From assembly GCF_009914755.1 (NCBI RefSeq), contig NC_060926.1: a DNA stretch of 64,000 nucleotides. One strand, written 5' to 3'. The DNA comes from the human T2T-CHM13v2.0 reference genome, Homo sapiens. The notes under the pieces were generated by a model, which saw nothing but the letters and a program-made list of their open reading frames with translations, was not told the origin of the DNA and searched no databases. This document shows, one piece after another, positions 38,108-52,286 of this stretch. Both the position numbers and the translations under genes were made by a program. Every line of letters begins with the position of its first letter. Within the stretch, counting starts at the first letter, position 1.

Positions 38108-40416
38108 CTGAAATCATATCAAGTATCTTTTCTGACCACAGTGGAATAGTACTAGAAATCAATAACAGGAGGAAAAACTGTACAAATACATGGAAATTAA
38201 AATACATGCTCATGAACAATAAATAAATAAATGAAAAAAATAAAAAGAAAATTAAAAATTTATTGAAAAAAGAATAGAAACACAACATAACAAATCCTGT
38301 GGGATGCAGCAAAAGCAGTTGTAAGAGGAAAAAGGCATAGGTATAAATGCCTACATCAGAGAAGTAGAAAGATCTCAAATAGCTAACCTGACAGTATACC
38401 TGAAGTAATGAGAAAAACGAGAAAAATAAAATGCTAAAATTAGTACAAAAAATATCATAAAGATTAGAGAAGAAATTTTAAAAATAGAAACAAAAAATAC
38501 AAAAAGTCAATGGAACAAAGAGCTGGATTTTTTAGAAAAAAATCAAAACTGACAAGCTTTAACTAGACTAAGGAAAAGAAAAAGAAAACAAAATCATAGA
38601 TGAAAAACGAGACATTACAATTGATAACAGAAATATGAAGGATTATACGAGATTACTAAAAACACCTATATAAAAACAAGTTGGAAAATCTAGGAGAAGT
38701 GATAAATTTCTGGACACATAACAAATTCCCAAGATAGAATGATAAACAAAAAACCGGAACAGATCAATAATGAGTAATGTAATCAAAGCAGTAATAAAGT
38801 CTTCTGTCAAACAAAAACACAAGAATCACGGTTTTACTGCTGAATTCTACCAAACGTTTTTAAAAGCGCTAATACCAATTTTACTCAAAATATTCCCCAA
38901 AAAATGAAGACAAAGTAAGTCTTCGAAACTTGTTCTATGAGGAGAGCATGACCCTGGTACAAAAACCAGACCAGGAAACAACACAAAAAGAAAACCACAG
39001 GCATTTTAAATATCCCTGATGAACACAGATGCAAAAAAATCCTCAGCAAAATACTTGAAAATTGCACTTGACAACACAATAAAAAGATGATCTGCCATGA
39101 TCAAGTGGGATTCATCCCAGGAATATGAGGATGATTCAATAAAACACAAATAAATAAATGTGCGACATCACATTCAGCGAATCAAGAACAAAAACCATAT
39201 AATCATTTCAGTAGATGCTGAAAAAATAAAAAAACATTCCTTCATGACAAAAACTGAACAACATGAGTACAGAAGGAACATATCTCAGTGCAATAAAGGC
39301 CATATATGACAAACCCACAGCTAACATCATAATCAATGGGGAAAGGTTAAAACTCTTCCTCTAAGGCCTGGAACGAGTGTGGCTACTTTTACACCACTTT
39401 TATTCATCATAGTACTGGAAGTCCTAGGTAGCGCAATTAGACAAGAGAATGCAATAAAAGGCATCCAAATTGGAAAAAAGAAAGTCAAGCTCTCTCTGTT
39501 TGCAGGTGACATGATCATATATATATATACACATAGAGAAACAGAGAACCCTAAAGATTCCACAAAATCACCTACTAGAAATAATTTAGTCAAGTTGCAA
39601 GATACAATATCAACATATAAAAATGAGTAGCACACTCATGCACCAATAATGAAATACCTAAGAAATGAAGACAGCTATTTCATTACCAAAATAATTATAT
39701 CTAGGGATAAACTTAACCAAAAAGACAAAAGATCCCACAATGAAAACTATAAAACACAGATGAAAGCTATTAAAGCAGACACAAGTAAATGGAAAGATAT
39801 CCCATGTCCATGCACTAGAAGAATATTGTTAAAATATCTATATCACCCAATGTGATCTAGAGTCAATGCAATCCATGTTAAATTACAAAAGACATTCTTC
39901 ATAGAAATAGAAAAAAATATCCTAAAATTCACATGGAAAAGCAAAATATCTCAGATAGACAAAAGAATCTGGAATAAAAAGAAAAGCTGGAGGCATCACA
40001 CCTGACTTCAAAACATACTACAAATCTGTAGTAAGCATGGTAATACCAAAACAGCATAATACTATCAAAAAAAGGGGCGGGGGAGAAACAGAGAAACGAA
40101 GGAATGACAGACATAGACAAGTGAAACAGAATAGAGAAATCAGAAATAAATTCACGCATTTATGGTGTACTCATTTTTAACAAAGGCACCAAGAACACAC
40201 ATTCGGGAAGGAAGGACAATCTCTTCAATAAACTGCTAGGATAACTCAACACCCACATGTACAGGAATACATCTAGGCCGTTATCTTACCATATACAAAA
40301 ATCTACTCAAAATAAAGATTTAAATGTAGGACCTGAAACTATAAAACTACTAGAGAAGAAAACATAGGATAAATCCTTCATGAAACTGGTTAGGACAAGG
40401 AATTTTCAAATAGACA

Positions 40417-40509
40417 TCAAAAGCACAAGCAACAAAAGCAAAGATGTAATTACATTAAACTTGTCAAAAGCACAATCAACAAAAGCAAAGATGTAATTAC
40501 ATAAAACTT
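40417..40509 (+). repeat. 47-bp tandem duplication inside L1
   Basis: TCAAAAGCACAA.CAACAAAAGCAAAGATGTAATTACAT.AAACTT x2. Confidence 0.85.
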
Positions 40510-40669
40510 AAAAACTTCTGCAAAGCACAGGAAGAAATCAGTAGAACGAAGAAACAACCCAGAGAATAGAAGAAAGTATTTGCAAACTATCCATCAGCCA
40601 AGGGGTTAATACACAAAATATATAAATAACTACTCAAAAGCAAAAATACAAATAATCTGATTTAAAAAA

Positions 40670-41870
40670 ATCTACCCCAAATCTTTGTCTCCCACCATTA
40701 TTTTCCCACCTTCTTTTCCCGACCACCTTTGGCCTCCTCCCCCTCGCCACCCGTTTTCTTCCTCCATCTACCCCAAAACTTTTTCCCCACCATCATTTTG
40801 CAAAGCCTTCTCTGCTCTCTCACTCACCACCCTTTTCCCCATCCATTTACCCAAACACTTTCCCCACTGGTTTTTCCCACCGTCTTTTCCCCTTCTCCCT
40901 GGCCACGTTCTTTTTCCCCATCCCACTCTCATCACCCTCTTTTGCTCCTTCATCTAAGCAACAACGTTTTCTCCCGTCTTTTCCCAAAGCCTTCTCCTCA
41001 CTCCTGCCGCTCAACACTGTCTTTTCGCCCTTCATCTACCCAAAAACTGTTTTCCTCATCGTCTTTTCCCCCCGTTCCTCCTTGCCACTTCTCCATCTAC
41101 CCGAAAACATTTCCCCATAGTCTTTTCGCAAAGCCTTCTCCCCACTCCTGCTCACCTCCCTCTTTTCTCTCTCCATCTATCCCCCAGAATATTCCCCACC
41201 GTCTTTTCAGTCTTCCCCCCTTCCCATTCATCCTCTTCTTTGCCCTATCCTGCTTGCCACTCTCTTTTTTACCTTCCATCTACCCCAAACTACTTTCCCA
41301 TTTTTTCCCAACTCTCTTTCCCTGCTCCCTCTCATCACCCTCTTTCCTCCTCCTCGTTACCCTCTTTCCCCCCTCCATCTACCCAAACACTTTTTACCCA
41401 CTGTCTTTTTTTTCTCCACCGTCTTTCTTTCCTGCCCACTATCTTTTTGCAAAACCTTGTCTTTCTCCCGCTGGCTACCCTTTTCCCTTCCCCCACCTGT
41501 TACCCTCTTTTCCCCCTCTATCTTCCCAAAACCTTTTCTCCCCACTGTCTTTTCACAAAACCTTCTCTCCCTACTGCTCAACGCTGTTTCTCCCCCCGAC
41601 CATCCTCTCTTTCCTCCTCCCCTTGACACCCTCTTTTCCTCCTCCATCTACCCATAAACTTTTTACCCACCATCTTTCTGCAACACCTTCCCTCCTTCGC
41701 GCTCCCCACCCTGTTTTTCCCCCACCATCTACCCAAAAACTTTTTTTCCCACCATCTTTTCCCCACCGTCTTTTTGCAACGCGTTCTCCTGCTCGCTAAC
41801 TTCTTTTCCCTTTGGGACTAACCACCCTCTTTACCCCCTCCATCTATCCCAAAACTATTTTCCTCTTCTT
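40670..41870 (+). repeat. Degenerate C/T-rich minisatellite
   Basis: About 13 copies of a CCATCTACCC(A)AAAC..TTTTCCCCACC.TCTTTT core at 60-140 bp spacing; very G-poor on +. Confidence 0.8.
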
Positions 41871-42040
41871 ACCGCTCCCGCCGCACTGCCATCTCGGTCG
41901 CGGTCACCACCAGTTGCAGCGAGGCGAACCACAGTGGAGCGGCTCCAGCCTCCAATTACCCATTCCCGGTCCTCTAAGCCGGTCACTGAGCAGCTCCATA
42001 AGAAAGTACGGGAACCTGGAAGGGCCTGCCTTCCCTTCGG

Positions 42041-42301
42041 GAGCATTCATATACTGAGGTTATATATATATATGAGGGTTCCTGGACTGCATGTTCTGAT
42101 TGGATGAGAAAAACCCTCCAGGGTTACTCTGATTGGACTTTATTATCATGTTCTGATTGGATGAGAGCAAGTCTTGAGACAACCAATCACAGCATGAAAA
42201 TAAAGTCCAATCAGAGTAGGCCTAGAGGTTTTTTCTCTCATCCAATCAGAACATGTAGTCCAGGAACTGCATGTGCGCGACCTCAGTACGTAAAGCATGC
42301 T
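42041..42301. promoter_or_regulatory. Palindromic CCAAT-box cluster, putative bidirectional promoter
   Basis: ATTGG at 42099, 42132, 42156; CCAAT at 42183, 42207, 42242. Arms 42078-42160 and 42183-42267 are reverse complements. TATA-like sequence at 42049-42073. Confidence 0.7.
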
Positions 42302-42604
42302 GAGGCGGTGTCAGGTCATTTTAGGCTCTTCAGTTTCGCGTTTGGTATCCGGCATGGCTGCCACCTGTTTCTGGCTGGAGCCTCGGACACTGGCTCACTG
42401 CAGTTGGTGGTGTCGACAGAGCGGTAGGAGGGCGGCGGGCAGCAGGAGCTTCTCCTGCTGGGCAGGAAGACGAGTAGAAGGGAGCGGCACCGAGGCATGC
42501 TGGAGGCTGGAGCCTGAGCCACCCCGGCTCGCCTCGCTGCGGTTGGTGGTGACCTCGGACACTGCAGCTCGGCCAGAGTGGTAGAAATGTCCTGGTGTAG
42601 GTGA

Positions 42605-43250
42605 GTCAGCTGGGGATGCACTGCCCGCATGTGGGGGCAGGGGTTGGGTGTCCTATTGGGGCTCACTCCCCGAGGCTGCACTGCCTGTGTCAGGGGGCTG
42701 GTTGGGGGCACTCTCCGAGGTTGCATTGCTGGCGGTGGGGGTGCGGTGTTGGCTGGCTATCTGGGGCTACACTGCCCACGGTGGCGGGGGTGGTGGGCGG
42801 GGGAGGCAGGTTGTGTGCACTAACGTGTACTGCTGGTGGCGGGGGATGGGTTAGGGGCGCTATTTTCTGCTGCACTGCCCAGGGCAAGGAGTGGGTTGGG
42901 TGGTTATTCGGAGCTACGATGCTGGTAGTGGGGGGTGGTTTAGGAGTGTTGTCAGGTGTTGCACTGCCCTTGCTCAGGGTGCACTATCAGGAGCTCCCCT
43001 ACCCGTGGCGGGGTGGGGGCGGCGATTTTGGGGCACTGTCTTGTGCAGCAACACCTGTGGCTGGGTCAGGTTGTGGGCACTATTGGGTGCTACACTGCCT
43101 GTGGAGGGGGTGGTTGGGGGGGTATTGGGGTTACACTGCCTGCAGCTGGCACAGGGTGTGTTGGGTGTGCTGTCCGAGGGCTACACTGCCGGCGGCAGGG
43201 GTCAGGTTAGGGTTGCTATGGGGGCTATACTGCCAGTGGTGTTGGTCGGC
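42605..43250 (+). repeat. Degenerate G-rich ~40-bp minisatellite
   Basis: More than 10 copies of GGG(G)CT(A/G)CACTGCC separated by G-runs. Confidence 0.75.
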
Positions 43251-43822
43251 TGCAGAGGTGGTGGGGACAGCAACAGCCATGGTCTCCTTGCTCCTTCGGG
43301 TGACTCTTCTCCTTTCCGTACTCCAGACTCTAGAGGGTGATCTCTTCCTGCTCGTGCAATCTTGAGCATGGCAGGACCCCCACACCCACTGCGGTTCTCC
43401 GGCCTGCACCTCCCGCCCACACCCCATGCTCTGTGTTGGGGAGACCACCTGGGACTACCGGGTGGGGATTAGTGGGCATCGCGGGGGACTGTGGGAACAG
43501 GGCACTGTGGGTGGAGGTGTCAGGAACGGGAACCAGCAGTTGAGTGGGGAGGGCTGGCTGGGTCTGAGTTTCTCCTACTCCTGCTCCCCAAGGAGTGCAG
43601 CCCTGGTGGGCCCAGCAATTTCTGGCCAGTTGCACCTGGATGGGGGTGGTTTCAGCATAGGCACTCACACCCGCCCCAGTTCCTGGCCACCTTTTGCCAG
43701 AAAGAGAGGCTGGACTTCGGTGGGTGGGTGTGAGTGCCTTAGCTGAAGCTGGTCCCTGCCACCCAGTGGCCAGCATGACAAGGTGAGGCTCTAACGTTAC
43801 CACTCCCTGCATCCCATTCTAG

Positions 43823-43990
43823 GCTTTTCTGGCTTTGCCCGTCTAGCTGCTCCAAGCCAGGCTGGAGGAGGAGGAGAAGGAATCACCTGTGGTACGCTGG
43901 AGCCTGCATGTGGCGTGACTCTGCAGCTCGCCTCATGTGATTGGTGGCAGCCACAGAGACTGCAGCTCGACAGGAGTGGTAGGAGGGTGC
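43823..43990 (+). pseudogene. BAGE-like exon remnant
   Basis: FLALPV*LLQARLEEEEKESPVVRW (43826-43900) versus recalled BAGE [23 protein letters not shown]; preceded by a CTAAC branch site and ttctag acceptor. Confidence 0.6.
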
Positions 43991-44307
43991 CCGCGGGGGC
44001 AAGGTGGTAGGAACCTTGTAGGGTGGGCTGCTGCATTGACGGCGACAGCAATTGTATTGGCATTGGTGCTAGTGGTGGTAGTGGCAGCAAGTCTGGGGGC
44101 CGGGAAGGGGGAGTAGGAGCGCTGCAGGGCCCAGCCCAACCTGGGGTGGGGAGGAACCTGCGGGTGCTGTACCATGGGCCTCGGTGGCAGTGGTGGAGGT
44201 GCACTTAGGGAAAGGGGTCCTCCCCCTTCTTTTGCAGTCTCTGGAGAGTGCCCTCCTTCTGAGCTAGGCGTGAGGGGCAGCATTGTCTCATTCTTAACAA
44301 AGTTTAG

Positions 44308-44663
<356 letters not shown>

Positions 44664-45042
44664 ATTTTTTCCTTCTTTTTTGTTGTGATAGTCTTGGACT
44701 TTTTCAAATTTCGTGAATTGGGGAGGGGATAAAAGGTGTCATTATAGGCCTTCTAATTCCTGCACCTGTTCTTTTTGCTTTTCCTAGTTTGTATATTCTT
44801 CTCATCTTCTTGTTCCTCTTCATTTTCTTTTGCTGCTGCTTCTATTTCATGTTTCTATTCTTGTTTCTCCTCCTCTTTTTGTTTTCTTTATGCCAAGCAA
44901 TGGCCTTAACAAACAACAAGCCAAAATTGTCATTGTGTTGTATTTTTAAAATAACTGGTCCCTTACTGTGTTTTAGGGATGAGAAAAAAAATCAGTTGTA
45001 TAATTAGTTACTTGAATAGCTATGCTTTCATGATCGTGTTAA

Positions 45043-45193
45043 CCCGCTTATGCTTAGCGTTCCAATAATGTTCCATTATTGGAACACTAAGCATGAGGGA
45101 GTTACTTACATCCTACTGCTCAAGGTCATTGACAAGGTCTGATTATTCACTCAGGCAAAAATTCAAAAAATTACAGCCTCTGGCATAAATGGG
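45043..45193. mobile_element. MER85 (piggyBac/PGBD3-derived MITE)
   Basis: TTAA|CCCGCTTATGC...GGCATAAATGGG|GTAA termini; internal GTTCCATTATTGGAAC palindrome and CCTACTGCTCAAGGTCAT. Confidence 0.85.
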
Positions 45194-45337
45194 GTAATGC
45201 ATTGTAAGTAGTTATTCAGAGAATCAAAAAATGAAGCATCACATAAAATATTGGTAGCAAACAGCCATTTCATCTCTCTCACATATTTGGAGCTATGCAA
45301 GAGTCACGGGGTAAGTTCTAATTTATGAGATTATTAA

Positions 45338-46092
<755 letters not shown>

Positions 46093-46889
46093 ATGTATGT
46101 TTTAAGGCAAAGATTCACAACCAAAAAACAAGGCTTTATTAACTTCTGTATCTAGGAACTTGCAGTGTTGAGCCCTCTTTTATTCCTAGTATTACTACTT
46201 TCGGTGTGAACTTTTTATCTTTATTTTACTGATTCCTCTAGAAGTTTATGCATTTTCTTGACTGCTTTAAAGACAATCTATATTGTCTCATTTTTCAAGC
46301 CCATAGAAATGTGTAAGGCCTATAATTTGGACACTTGTTATTTTTAAGGTTATGAGCATGTAGTATACTGTTGATACATGGAAGAATATGTATAAATACC
46401 ACTAGATAGCTTATATTGAAGAGATAATATCTAAATTTTTGTCCAGAGTTGATTGGGTGCAGTTTCTTAGCTGTGTTTCTTAATACATTGTGTCCATGTT
46501 TTAAAGCATATAGAAATTTGAATACTGTTTAACCTCATATAGTCCTTGTTTATAGGTTTAATATTTCTAAAGACTAAAGACATAACAGCTCCCTTTAACA
46601 TACAGTAATACTAACAAAATTTGAGATATACAGGGTTAGAATCCAACAAATTCAAAGGAAAATTGTTAAATTATATAGCTGTAGAGCAGGAATGAAACCC
46701 AGGTTCTAAGTTCCAAGGGGGCCATGAGCTACCATACAGGTGCATCAGTGACTGGGCATAGAGTTGGCGAAATTATGTAAAAGAGTGAGCTGTGGATCCT
46801 AATTATGTGAACATGAATTTTTGAACTGCATGGTGCCTCAGTTTATCCATCATTGCAGTGGGGACAGTAGTAAGTTTTTTTCTGCTCAG

Positions 46890-47830
46890 TTGTCTGAATT
46901 ATTACCCCGGTCTGTCTTGTTGCCACTCTTGATGCCCACATGAGAGGATCTAAGGTAATTTCTGACACCTGGGACTCCTTAAGGAAAAACAAGATTCCAC
47001 AAACCCCGTTTTAGGAGAAACCTCTGTTTTCGCCATGGAACCCCAATAACTTTAAGCAGACAGGTCTCTCTCAAAAATCTAAGGCTCTCTTCTGTTTTGC
47101 CTTGCATTGTCTGACCTTTTTGGTTTGGGTGGGCATCAGAAATTAGTAGGGGAGAGAGATCTAAAGAAAATTGTGGATATGAAGATGTATTTATTGTAAG
47201 AAATGTTATGAAGGAAAGAAATGTTATATGAGAGAGGATCTTATATGGCAAATGGTTGTCCTAAAGTAGAATGACTAATTACGAAAGAGGGAAATACAGG
47301 ACAGGTCAGATAAATTTAATCATGTTGTAGATGGTCTGTGGAAGTTGTGTTATGGTTCATAAAATGGGAAAGAAAATCTTAACAACTGCTAGATCTTTTC
47401 TTGTCTAGAAGTGTTGTGCATGTGATGTATATATAATGGCTTGGCTTAAAAGAAAATGAAAGCTCTTAAATATTTTGTCAGAAAAATAGAAGCTGTAATG
47501 CCTTTTATTTCATGTGACTTCAGTGATCTTTGGGAAATAAAGACAGTGTTAAATCAGTTAAAATCAGTGGTAAAATAAAAATATCTTCAAAATTTATCCA
47601 TTTGGTCTAATTGAAGTCAGAGGTTAAGTTTTAGAAGCGCTTTAATGTCATAAATTGATTCTTTGACTTTGGAAAATAGTTTCATTTACCTGGTTTGGAG
47701 CCGTTAGATTTCTAGATAAGGTCTCCGGACAGGTGGAGTTAGCCATGTCTCCTAGCTATGCTGGAAAGAGTCAGATTTTATCTGCAGTTCTGTCTTGTAT
47801 CCTAGACTCTGCGCCTGGTATGCAATTAAA
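46890..47830 (+). mobile_element. ERV1 (MER4-group-like) internal fragment
   Basis: Non-coding AT-rich text resembling MER4-group internal sequences; family assignment uncertain. Confidence 0.45.
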
Positions 47831-48734
47831 ACTTACGCTGCTGCTAATCTCTGGGTTCCATTTAAAATCCTTCCATCACATGAATACTATCCCCTGTACT
47901 AAATTTTTCCACAATTAAATACTTAGAATCATTTTTGCTGACTTGACCCAACCATTAGTGATATATTTTAAAAACGCTTATAATGTGTCACAATATATTT
48001 AGCAAATGTAGGGAATGACATTTTTACTTTTGTCAGCATTTACATAGCATTTATGTAGCAATGCTATCTCAAGTATTTTTAGTCATTTAAATGTTAGATA
48101 ATAGATATGCTTTTGATTCCTTTGTTTCTATGTAAATATAATTATGAGATATTTAGTAAATAGTATCAATTACATGTTTCACTTATAGAATATACTAATA
48201 AAGTTAGGATTATTTTTATATGCTACATCATATTTACTTGTTGGCTTTACAATAAGTTAGAAATAATATTCTGGATTAACTGTGTGACTCATGAGAGGGA
48301 GTTTGTGCAAGTATAGTCTTTCCAAATTTTTACTAGATTTTTCAAGACTTAACGCTAGAACTGTGAGAACAAGGTAATAAATAAGCATATCTGTTAATAT
48401 CACCTTTGGTCAACTCTTGGCTAGACCCAATGATAATGTAGGAATTAACATAACTTTTCCTACTAAAGGTGTTGGATTTGTTCTGAGAGACCACAAAGTC
48501 ATTGACAAAGTTTAAAAATCATTAGATTAAAAACTTATAGTGCGTTTGAAATTGTTTTGTAGAAAAATATCCTGGTTTACATTGATAGGTTTTTTTTTTA
48601 TAAGAACTAGATCAAGAGAAAGGGAGAGTAGTGATAAATGTCCATGTTTTCAAGTTGAAAAGTAACAGTGTATTACAACAGATGGATTTGATGTCAAATT
48701 ACAAATGCTGAGAACATTATATGTAATTGACTTG

Positions 48735-49985
48735 CCAGAGTAATTATACAAGGCAAAGAAAGGAAAGGCATCTAAATAGGAAAGGAAGGGGTGAGATTGT
48801 CTGTGTTTTAGACTCCACAAAAAACCCCTTATAGCTGATAAACGCTATATTCAATAAAGTTGAAAGTTACAAAATTAACATACAAATAGTATTCTGGTTT
48901 CTATACACCAATGACAAACTATTATCTGAAAAATAAGATAATTCCATTTATAGTAGCAACAAAACAAATATATAAATAAAAGAGCAAAGAGTAATTTTAA
49001 TGAAGGATGTGAACGATTTGTATACTGAAAATTATAGCACATTGATGAAAGAAATTGAAAGTGACAAATAGAAAAACATCCTATATTTATCAATTGAAAA
49101 AATTAATATTGTTAAAATTTCAATGCTATTCAAAGCATTCTACAGATTAAATGCAACCACTATCAAATTCCAATGTCATTCTTCACAGAAATGAAAAATT
49201 AGTCCTAAAATCTGAATGGAACCACAAAAGACGCTGAAAAACCAAAGCAATCTTTAGCAAAAAGAACAAACCTGGAGGCATCAGACTACCTAATATTTGA
49301 CAAAGCAAACAAAAGAAAATGGGAAAGGACACCCTATTCAAATATGGTGCTGGCATAATTGGCAAGCCACATGCAGAAAAATGAAACCATTCTTCAAAAG
49401 GTTAAATACGGAATTACCACATGACTCAGTAAATTCAGTACTATGTATACACTAAAAATAAATTAAAACAAATGCCTCACACATACAAGTATTTATAGCA
49501 ACAAAAAGTAGGAAATAACAGAAATGTCCATGAATTTTGGAGTGGATTAATAAAATGTGGTCTGTCCATAAAATAAAATATTATTTGGCAATGAAAAAGA
49601 AAAACATATTAATACATGCTCCAAAATGGATGAACATTGGAAACATGATAAATGAAAGTAGTGAGTCACACGTAACTATATTATTATGATTCCACTTACG
49701 TGAAATGTCCAGAATAGGCAAATCCTTCCAGAATAGGCAAATTCTTAGGAAGTAGATGGATGATTGCCTAGGGCTGGGAGGGGTTTAAAGGAAGAATGGG
49801 GAAAATGGGAAAAGATTGCTAGTGGGTGCAAGGTTTCTTTTAAGGAGCGTGAAAATGTTCTAAAATTACATTGTGGTGATTGTTTACCCAGTTAATACAG
49901 TTAAAAAAAAGTGAATTTTATACTTTAAATGGGTGAGTTAAATAATATATAAATTATATCTCAGTGAACCTGTGAAAAAAGTTAA
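48735..49985 (+). mobile_element. Old L1 (L1MB-like), ORF2 3' fragments and 3' UTR
   Basis: aaatgtccagaataggcaaatc...aaaatgttctaaaatt...aattatatctca 3' end motifs. Confidence 0.75.
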
Positions 49986-50014
49986 AAAATATGTGGTATG
50001 CATAAACAAAAAGT

Positions 50015-51806
<1,792 letters not shown>

Positions 51807-52286
51807 ATCAGGAGTCGGCGCCGTGGCAGCTTTGGGATAACTTGAGGGCGCATCCTGGGGAAGAAACACCTCCTGTCCGTGGTGCTGACTGCGGAGGACA
51901 GCGCTTCGGCGTGGCTTCTCCGTGGCCCAGCTTCTTTGGTGCATTTTTCTTTCATGGTGAGTACGGAAGCTTTCGTTTTCTGGAATGTTCTGTGTATTTC
52001 TGCTAGATTCTCACTCCTTTTTCTTTTCTCTCTTGATATCTTACCATTAACTTTACAGTAATACTCATTCCCTGAGGGCTTTTGAGGTTGGAATGTGTAG
52101 GAGGCTTTAGGGCTGTTTCTGAGGGAGACTCCCCATGTAGGTGGAGAGAGAGGAAAGCTCTGGCAGTGGGAGGAAGGGGAAGCCCGGCCCAGGTGGGGTG
52201 TAGGGGCCAGGCCCCAGTTTGGCTGCCTTGCTTTCAAGCCTCAGGTGGAAGGAAAGGATCCAACTTAGCCTCCAGGGTTTGCTAAT

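Larger units (their letters stand above)
36900..40665 (+). mobile_element. Old L1 (L1M/L1MA-type), inter-ORF region and most of ORF2, degenerate
   Basis: A-rich. Endonuclease-like start at ~37186; RT motif region [10 protein letters not shown] at ~39490; many stops. Confidence 0.85.

Noticed and set aside
40729-41799. 356-aa ORF
   Set aside because: P/S/F/L low-complexity translation of a C/T-rich minisatellite that lacks stop codons because of its composition.
40670-43250. CRISPR-like repeat/spacer array
   Set aside because: The repeats are degenerate with variable period and related 'spacers', in a human context with no cas genes.
42601-43365. 254-aa Gly/Cys-rich ORF
   Set aside because: Starts at a GTG that is a splice donor and translates the G-rich minisatellite.
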